A DNA stretch of 64,000 nucleotides from a virus. The notes under the pieces were generated by a model that was given only the letters and a program-made list of their open reading frames with translations, was not told the origin of the DNA and did no database searches. The stretch is from IMG/VR virus record IMGVR_UViG_3300028299_000006, positions 6,758 through 70,757 of that record; one strand, written 5' to 3'. Shown in pieces: positions 57,463-64,000 of this stretch. The translations under genes and the position numbers were made by a program. Numbering within the stretch: position 1 is the stretch's first letter; the number at the start of each line of letters is the position of its first letter.

Positions 57463-59412
57463 TTATATATCACTTATCATAGAAAAAGTTTTCTTTTCAA
57501 TTTTGATTATTCTATCAAAAAGATCTTTATCAGTTGGTGAGTGGTTGATAACCACAACATTAGTCTTATATTTTATAGAGAATTTCTTTAATGTTTTTAA
57601 TAATATATCAATATTATCCTCATCCACATTTTCAAAAATCTCATCCAAAAATAGTATATTACTTTTTCTCATTTTTCTAATTATTTCTAAATAAGATAAC
57701 GCGATAGCGATGTTTACTTTTCTCGCTTCTCCCGATGATAATGATTCTGGATGAATTTGATTTATATATCTTTCATATATTTCCGCGTCAAATTGATCGT
57801 TAAGTTCAACTCTATATGGTGAATCTAATTCTTCTAGATATTCGGATAGATAATTATTTATAGGTTTTACAATATTCTCTATAATATCCTTTCTTATTCC
57901 TTGGTTAGAAAACAATTCATTTAATTTTTCATACCTACTATTTTTATTCTCTAATTCAGATATTATTTCTTTTATTTTTTTATTTTCATTTGTAATATTT
58001 TCAATATTATTTTCAATCTCTTTAACCGCGTTATAATTGGTGTCGTGTGTATCATATTCTTTTTTCAATGTTTTTAATTCAAATCCAAGTTCATTAAATT
58101 CTTTTTTTATACTATCTTTCTCATTAACTAATTTATTCTTATTTGACCATACATCCCTACTTTCTTTTTTGTATGAAAATACATCGTTTGATAGTTCTGA
58201 TTTTTCTTTTTCAAATGTTTCTTTTTCCAATATCAATTCACTTAGATTATGAATATGTTTATCAGATTTTAAAACGGTATTACACATAGGACATACACCT
58301 TTTTCAAATATTTTTATTTTCTCTTTAATATCTTCTATTTTATAATCAATTTTATTTACTCTATGATGTTTAGAATTTAACACCTCACTTCTATTACCCA
58401 AATCCTCGCTAGATTCATTAATTAATCCAATAATATCAGTCAAATGTTCTTTTAATTCTGTGAATCTAGATCTCTTTGATAATATTTTTTCCTTTATTTC
58501 TTCCTTTGTTCCAATTGAATCATTACTTAATTTTTTTATATTTTCAATATTTTCCTTATAAGTTTCTATTGTTCTTAAATTAGATGATAATTCTATTTTC
58601 TTATTTTCAATATTTCTTTTATTATTTTTAACTATGTTTTTTGATATTTGAAAATAATTATCTATTTCTTCAATATTAAATAATCGGTTTAATAATTTTC
58701 TTTTTGTTTCGGGATCTAAGTTTATAAAATTTGTGAAATCATTTAGACTCATTGAAATAAAAGATTTGTAAATATCATAGTTTATACCAATGAGTTCATC
58801 TTTCTGGTCATTACTGAATTTTTTATATCTAGATGTTATATCGTGAGAATTAGACATTATCTTCAATTTAACGGGTTCTAACCCGCGTTCTATTGTAATG
58901 TCATCCTCGTTGTCATTTGTGAAAAGAACCTTCGTTAAAAGACTGCCATTTATCCTATTTGGGAGTTCTTTCATTGGTATTCTCTTTCTTTCCTTACCTC
59001 TGACAACTCCAAATAATGAAAAGTCTATTGTTTCTTGTAGAGATGAGTTATGGCTTAATATATCATTCGTATAGTATTCGTTTCCATCTACATGTAAATC
59101 TAACAAATCTTCTTTTTTATCAAAAACAGATATTTCTTTAACATTGAATGTTCCATATTTAGTATCAATTGGATCATTTATTTTAAAATTTTTAGATTTT
59201 ATCCAATTATTATTTGATTTAATTAAATGATCAGGAGAACACATCAATTCATGTTTATGTGTTTTTATTATAATAACATCACTATTATATGCTGTTATAT
59301 CAACGTCATATATTTTTTTTAACCCACTTGGGGTCATAACTTTTATATCTGATTTCAGAATATCAGTATATTTAGATAATTCAAATATATCTTTCATTTG
59401 AATTGTTAACAT
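57463..59412 (-). CDS. Split intein C-part (122 aa, 59412-59047) fused to gp46/SbcC-like recombination ATPase C-terminal part
   Basis: CSPDH block B, YYTNDILSHN/S, zinc hook CPMC, signature LSSGE, FLDEIF, INH. Confidence 0.9.
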   Translation of the reverse strand: MLTIQMKDIFELSKYTDILKSDIKVMTPSGLKKIYDVDITAYNSDVIIIKTHKHELMCSPDHLIKSNNNWIKSKNFKINDPIDTKYGTFNVKEISVFDKKEDLLDLHVDGNEYYTNDILSHNSSLQETIDFSLFGVVRGKERKRIPMKELPNRINGSLLTKVLFTNDNEDDITIERGLEPVKLKIMSNSHDITSRYKKFSNDQKDELIGINYDIYKSFISMSLNDFTNFINLDPETKRKLLNRLFNIEEIDNYFQISKNIVKNNKRNIENKKIELSSNLRTIETYKENIENIKKLSNDSIGTKEEIKEKILSKRSRFTELKEHLTDIIGLINESSEDLGNRSEVLNSKHHRVNKIDYKIEDIKEKIKIFEKGVCPMCNTVLKSDKHIHNLSELILEKETFEKEKSELSNDVFSYKKESRDVWSNKNKLVNEKDSIKKEFNELGFELKTLKKEYDTHDTNYNAVKEIENNIENITNENKKIKEIISELENKNSRYEKLNELFSNQGIRKDIIENIVKPINNYLSEYLEELDSPYRVELNDQFDAEIYERYINQIHPESLSSGEARKVNIAIALSYLEIIRKMRKSNILFLDEIFENVDEDNIDILLKTLKKFSIKYKTNVVVINHSPTDKDLFDRIIKIEKKTFSMISDI

Positions 59413-60700
59413 AATTTATTATATTTATTTTAATTTCATTAATATTATCCGAAGCTATATAATTTATATTATCTTTATCAAGAAAATTTAATTTTGTTTT
59501 ATATGGATTCTTTTTATTTTGTTTTATCATACCTAAATATTCTACATATAAATCATATTTTGTTAAATAAAAATCACATTTATATACAGAATTCTCATAT
59601 TTTTTTTCATAGATATAGTCAATATTGTTTTTAAATAAAAAATTGGCTATAATATATTCACCATCACTTCTACAAATATGATTATTAAACCAAGAATAAT
59701 ATGAATACATAGATTTAATTCTAGTTATTTTGGGTATTATAAGTGACATTATATGGCTTTCTGATGTATTATAAAATATTTGTAATATTTTCAATTTTTT
59801 TATTGGTAATATAATTTTATATAAAGATAGTTTATCATCTTCATTAAATGTATCACTATACATATTTATGAATTCTTCAATTGTATTACATTTTTTAAAT
59901 AATTCAATAAATAAATTTTTATTTTTTAAAGATAAAGAACCTATTAATTTTTCAATACTATATTTTTCTATTTTATTTTTTAGTTTTATACCTTTTTTAG
60001 AATATCCATCATAATCAGAATCTTTTAAAGATCTCATCCATTTTTCTTGTCTTTTTTTCCATATTTCTATACCTTTATTTTTTCCGTATTTATTTATACA
60101 TATTTCTTTTGAAAAAGTTATTTGTCTATTGGATAATTTTTCTTTAGCTTCTTTTTCAGAATAACCTTTATTTAACCAATAATTTAAATTATTATCTCTT
60201 TTTGAATCAACTTCTTTTTTAAAATTTTCATTTGTTTTATATTTAATAACAAATTTCCTACCATTTTTTATTTGAAATTCATTTCTTTTATTTTCTGATT
60301 CTTCTTTAGAGTACCCTTTTTCTAACCAGTATTCAACATTATTTTTTCTAAATGATTTTATTTTATACTTAGCTTCTTCTATTGTTAATCCTTTATTTAT
60401 CCAATAATCTGTATTCATTGGTGATTTTTTAGGGTCATATTTTCTTTTTATTCTTAATTTCTCTGCTTCTTTTTCATCCCAACCTCTACTAGTCCAATAT
60501 ATTAAAGTTTCTTTACCATTCTTAGGCATAGATATAATTGATCTCATTTTCAGTTTAAAAACAGTATAACCACAATTAAAATCATTATCATTAAATAATT
60601 TTATAAATTTTTTAAATTTATCAACATGAAAATCTGATAGATATTCTTCTAATTGGGTCTTATTTTTCTGAATTAATTCTAAATTTTTTGATTTTTTCAT
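59381..60700 (-). CDS. Homing endonuclease-like protein between the gp46/SbcC halves
   Basis: YWxxKGxSEEEA repeats; RSDGE..IANFL...YEKKY...CDFYL...YVEYLG PD-(D/E)xK domain. Confidence 0.75.
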   Translation of the reverse strand: MKKSKNLELIQKNKTQLEEYLSDFHVDKFKKFIKLFNDNDFNCGYTVFKLKMRSIISMPKNGKETLIYWTSRGWDEKEAEKLRIKRKYDPKKSPMNTDYWINKGLTIEEAKYKIKSFRKNNVEYWLEKGYSKEESENKRNEFQIKNGRKFVIKYKTNENFKKEVDSKRDNNLNYWLNKGYSEKEAKEKLSNRQITFSKEICINKYGKNKGIEIWKKRQEKWMRSLKDSDYDGYSKKGIKLKNKIEKYSIEKLIGSLSLKNKNLFIELFKKCNTIEEFINMYSDTFNEDDKLSLYKIILPIKKLKILQIFYNTSESHIMSLIIPKITRIKSMYSYYSWFNNHICRSDGEYIIANFLFKNNIDYIYEKKYENSVYKCDFYLTKYDLYVEYLGMIKQNKKNPYKTKLNFLDKDNINYIASDNINEIKINIINYVNNSNERYI

Positions 60701-60962
60701 ATAAAAAAGATTTATTTTCTTTTATATATATAAAAATTTTATTTCCCAATTCTGTTGTTTCTAAAAAATTTATAAGTTCATATGATAATGATATATCATC
60801 TATATCTATATCTATGGCGGTACTTTTATGTACGCATTTTCCATGACCATTTTTACCACATAAAAGTATTAATTGACCATCTTCGCCAAACTTAATAGTC
60901 TGTAGATTATTACCGAAACTCTTGAAATTCCGTATACTTATCTCTTTTATTATCATATTCAA
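60660..60962 (-). CDS. gp46/SbcC N-terminal fragment fused to split intein N-part (58 aa from Cys at 60836)
   Basis: IRNFKSFGN, Walker A GKNGHGK then CVHKST. Confidence 0.88.
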   Translation of the reverse strand: MNMIIKEISIRNFKSFGNNLQTIKFGEDGQLILLCGKNGHGKCVHKSTAIDIDIDDISLSYELINFLETTELGNKIFIYIKENKSFLYEKIKKFRINSEK

Positions 60963-61024
60963 TATAAGAAATAAATGGGTGAAAGTTTAATTTTTGAAAG
61001 GGGGAAAATTTTAACTATAAAATT

Positions 61025-61396
61025 TCATATGGAGAACAATTCATATTTCAATTTCTCTAGTTCATTATCTAATTTATTAACTTTATCTCTTAAAACTTTT
61101 CTAATTTTCTTGTGCTCTTCCGTTGATGTTTCTATAAATTCTAATTTACCATATTCAAATTCACCACATCCAGTTTCTTTTTTGAATTGTTTTCCAGCTT
61201 CTTCTTCATTATATACATTTTTCGCATAAAAAACCATTCTACCATCTCGTGCTTTAATAATATAGTTTCTTAGTCTATTTTCATCTTCTTCCATATCAAT
61301 CCATTCCTCATCATCAAAATCTATTTCTTGTTTTGAGATCGGATCATCATAAGTTACCCCTGTTATGTATTCTTCAAATATTCTTATATGTTTCAT
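61025..61396 (-). CDS. MKHIRIFEEY family protein
   Basis: Shared N-terminal motif. Confidence 0.6.
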   Translation of the reverse strand: MKHIRIFEEYITGVTYDDPISKQEIDFDDEEWIDMEEDENRLRNYIIKARDGRMVFYAKNVYNEEEAGKQFKKETGCGEFEYGKLEFIETSTEEHKKIRKVLRDKVNKLDNELEKLKYELFSI

Positions 61397-61914
61397 ACGA
61401 ATTTATATCCAGTAACTTTTCCATTTTTGTATCTCCAGACAAAATCTGCACTCATTCTATCACAACTTTTTATTCTGTTTGACCTTATTAACTCGTTAAA
61501 TTCTCTAGCGGTTCTGGGTGTTCTATTCCCACTACTTTTTCTAGCTTTGTTTGGAAAATATTTCTTACGATCTTTTGTTGCGTCCTTAATCATATCATCA
61601 TATTCTTTTTCCGCTTCTCGTGTAATTTTATCCATTTTAGCTTTTTCTTCTCTTTCAATTTTTTGGAAATCAAATCCATCATCATCCTTAGGTATGACAA
61701 CTTTTCTTTTATTTTCTCTAGAATAATATCTTTCTTGATCTTTTTCGCCTTCTCTCATAATTCGTTGCTGCTCTTTTCTAGCTTCTTCACGAATTTTCGC
61801 CATTCTAGCTTTTTCCTGTTGTTCTATTTTTTTGATCTCATCATTCTCGGGTTTTCTAATTGGTCTTCTTGTAGCGGATTCATTAAATTCCTGATAGTTT
61901 TGTATTTTTTTCAT
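61393..61914 (-). CDS. Charged helical protein with MKKIQNYQEFNE N-terminus
   Basis: Internal repeat KIE..EKA.M.KI..EA.KE. Confidence 0.6.
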   Translation of the reverse strand: MKKIQNYQEFNESATRRPIRKPENDEIKKIEQQEKARMAKIREEARKEQQRIMREGEKDQERYYSRENKRKVVIPKDDDGFDFQKIEREEKAKMDKITREAEKEYDDMIKDATKDRKKYFPNKARKSSGNRTPRTAREFNELIRSNRIKSCDRMSADFVWRYKNGKVTGYKFV

Positions 61915-61929
61915 ATCTGTTTCTTTTTT

Positions 61930-62361
61930 TTATTCTAAATTTCCAAAATATTTATTTATTTTCTTTAATTTTGTCTTTTTAAGATTTTGTTTAGATATTT
62001 TTAAACATTCACCATAATATCTGAGTATTTCCTTATCTCTACCATGAATTTCAAATTCAAATTTTTCATTATCATCACGATTAGTTAATATAATAGGAAT
62101 ATAATGCCAACTTTGATGATCACCTGGTATAGTTTCTATCTCTACACAATCAATTGAAAAATATTTACCTTTTTTGTCTGGATAATTGAATGAAATATTA
62201 TTATAATGACCATTTTTATCCCCTACTAATTCTGGGTGTTTAGTAAGATATTTGAATAATGATAATAATATGGTTTTTTCATCCTTTATATCTTCTTCCT
62301 CATCTTCCCATGGTTCCTCTTCAAACTCATCTAAATCTTCAAATAATTTTAAATATTTCAT
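61930..62361 (-). CDS. MKYLKLFE family protein, paralog of 62376
   Basis: FEEEPWE, KYL.K.P, ..CL.ISK. Confidence 0.65.
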   Translation of the reverse strand: MKYLKLFEDLDEFEEEPWEDEEEDIKDEKTILLSLFKYLTKHPELVGDKNGHYNNISFNYPDKKGKYFSIDCVEIETIPGDHQSWHYIPIILTNRDDNEKFEFEIHGRDKEILRYYGECLKISKQNLKKTKLKKINKYFGNLE

Positions 62362-62375
62362 AATTACATATTTTT

Positions 62376-62795
62376 TTAATCAATATCAGAGAAGTAATTA
62401 ATTACATCTCTTCTTTTATTTTTTGATATATTTAAACATTTATGATAATTATATAAAATATTATAATTATTTGTAAATGAGACTTTTATATCAGAATATT
62501 CATAAGAATCAGGTTTTTCAATCCTAATTTCTATTATTTCATTGGATGGGATATCCAAGTCTGGTGGTATTGTATTAATTTTAAATATATTTTTTTTATA
62601 TTCAAATATCAATTCATTATTTTTTGATGGTTTGATATATTGAGGATTTTTCATCAAATATTTTAATATCCCACCAAGTTTATTTATAATTTGTTCTCTC
62701 ATATAATCTTTTTTCTGACCGGATTCCTCCTCCTCCCAAGGTTCCTCTTCAAATTCATTCAATTCTTCAAATAATCTAATATGTTTCATATTCAT
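62376..62795 (-). CDS. MKHIRLFEE family protein, paralog of 61930
   Basis: FEEEPWE, KYL.K.P, ..CL.ISK. Confidence 0.65.
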   Translation of the reverse strand: MNMKHIRLFEELNEFEEEPWEEEESGQKKDYMREQIINKLGGILKYLMKNPQYIKPSKNNELIFEYKKNIFKINTIPPDLDIPSNEIIEIRIEKPDSYEYSDIKVSFTNNYNILYNYHKCLNISKNKRRDVINYFSDID

Positions 62796-62804
62796 TATGT
62801 TTTT

Positions 62805-63527
62805 TCATCCAATTAATGATGGATTAGTTGATGTTCCGATTCTTTCTGCACCTGCTTTTACAAACTTTTCAATATCTTCTATTGATCTTATTCCACCAGA
62901 CGCTTTAATTTTCACACTATCAGGAAGAATTTTTCTCATAAACTTAACTTTTTCTACGTCCGCTCCACCATGATGACCTGTTGATGTTTTTACAAAATCA
63001 ACTCCACATTTTGTACATATTTCACACGCGGATTTTATCTGTTCTAAAGTTAATTGACCTGTTTCAATAATAACTTTTATTATAACACTATTTATCCCAT
63101 GACATAATCTAACTAAATTAGATATCTCACTAGTTATATACTCTAATTTTCTTTCTTTTTCCTCCTCATCTTCTATTTTTAACGCGGTTTTCAACATTTT
63201 ATAATTCATAACAACATCCACTTCGTCCGCTCCGTCAATAATCGCGGTTTCCGATTCTTTTAACTTTTCTTTTGGTTTATCTGTTCCTTCTGGGAATGAA
63301 ATAACTGTACAAATCTTAATTTCTGACCCTTTTAAAAATTGTTTCGCGTATGGAACATATTCTGGTTTTATACAAATAGAATGAAATCCATATGTCTTCG
63401 CTTCGTTACATATTTTTCTTATTTTATCAATATTAACATCAACTCCCAAATATGTAAAATCTATAATTTTATTATATCTTTTTGGATTAGCGGATTCGTT
63501 TAATAAATCTGTATATTTTAACATCAA
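62805..63527 (-). CDS. deoC: Deoxyribose-phosphate aldolase
   Basis: TVISFPEG, GADEVDVV, KVIIETG, FVKTSTG, IKASGGIR, RIGTS. Confidence 0.92.
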   Translation of the reverse strand: MMLKYTDLLNESANPKRYNKIIDFTYLGVDVNIDKIRKICNEAKTYGFHSICIKPEYVPYAKQFLKGSEIKICTVISFPEGTDKPKEKLKESETAIIDGADEVDVVMNYKMLKTALKIEDEEEKERKLEYITSEISNLVRLCHGINSVIIKVIIETGQLTLEQIKSACEICTKCGVDFVKTSTGHHGGADVEKVKFMRKILPDSVKIKASGGIRSIEDIEKFVKAGAERIGTSTNPSLIG

Positions 63528-63607
63528 TGACCTTTAATTTTAATCTATATATTAAAAAATAAAAACTAAAATATTTTATATTCATATATATTAAAAAATA
63601 ATTATTG

Positions 63608-64000
63608 ATGAGGACAAGCATTTCAGATGTTAATGATTATCGTAAGGTGTGTCAACTCGCTTACGAAGATAATGGTGTTTTTGATGGTTTTAAAAATGAT
63701 GATATTTATATTGAAATATTAGAACATACTTCACCAGAACAAGGTAAACAATATTTTGAGGAAATAATGAAAGATAATCCAAAATTATTGGAACCAGATA
63801 GTATTGGTATTTTTTCACATAATGATATGTTGGGTAATCCAAATAAATCAATGTATGGAAATTTTATAAATATGTCGCCTTCAATATTAAGATACATTAA
63901 AACTATTTCTGATTTATTAAAACTTTTTGGTGACTTAAATGGTAAGGATATTGTTGAGATTGGTATTGGATATGGTGGATTGTGTTTACTAATATGTAAA
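63608..64000 (+). CDS. Putative sugar O-methyltransferase, N-terminal part (runs off window end)
   Basis: Hand translation MRTSISD...ILEH...NDMLGNP...SPSILRYIK...IVEIGIGYGGLC (SAM-binding motif I). Confidence 0.75.
   Translation, partial: MRTSISDVNDYRKVCQLAYEDNGVFDGFKNDDIYIEILEHTSPEQGKQYFEEIMKDNPKLLEPDSIGIFSHNDMLGNPNKSMYGNFINMSPSILRYIKTISDLLKLFGDLNGKDIVEIGIGYGGLCLLICK

Noticed and set aside
2810-63897. Short antisense or nested ORFs (e.g. 2810, 6673, 12243, 14316, 16784, 18391, 20783, 22359, 22420, 24624, 25295, 38462, 42213, 46513, 47868, 51662, 57503, 61388, 63706)
   Set aside because: Shadow frames of longer, motif-bearing genes; their F/L/S/I-rich composition is typical of antisense translation.
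1-64000. TAG or TGA stop-codon reassignment, suggested by the CUA tRNA
   Set aside because: Recognisable genes are full length in the standard code and coding density is high; the only splits are explained by inteins or one frameshift.
1-64000. CRISPR array
   Set aside because: No run of identical 25-45 bp repeats with unique spacers seen; repeats are protein-coding (KYGV, GxWxx) or tRNA duplicates.

Overview
AT-rich segment of a large (jumbo) T4-like bacteriophage genome in the standard genetic code. The host is probably Bacteroidota: there are TTTG-N20-TAnnTTTG promoters, a bL38/DUF4295-like gene, and almost no Shine-Dalgarno sites. Core genes include a terminase large subunit and a gp46/SbcC ATPase, each fractured by an atypically split intein with a nuclease gene between the halves. 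Also present are a gp25-like baseplate gene, a LysM-CHAP lysin, an RNA ligase, TnpB, purN, deoC, a PLP racemase, a MEMO1-AMMECR1-radical SAM triple fusion, and many small proteins with a T4 capsid-targeting-like N-terminus. The centre of the window is a tRNA array (about 32.07-36.05 kb) interleaved with HNH genes, with two group I introns, one of them in the T-loop of tRNA-Pro. The best candidate for a new system lies directly upstream of the array. A 25-codon leader peptide has 19 consecutive codons specifying only amino acids served by the array, and its stop codon lies in the 5' strand of a perfect 14-bp antiterminator that competes with an intrinsic terminator. This looks like a translation-sensing attenuator that would switch on the phage tRNA operon when host tRNAs fail. 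A second candidate is a three-copy covarying ACAGCAAA stem RNA beside a Ro60/TROVE-like DUF2828 gene. All family assignments are from motif recognition by eye; no searches were run.
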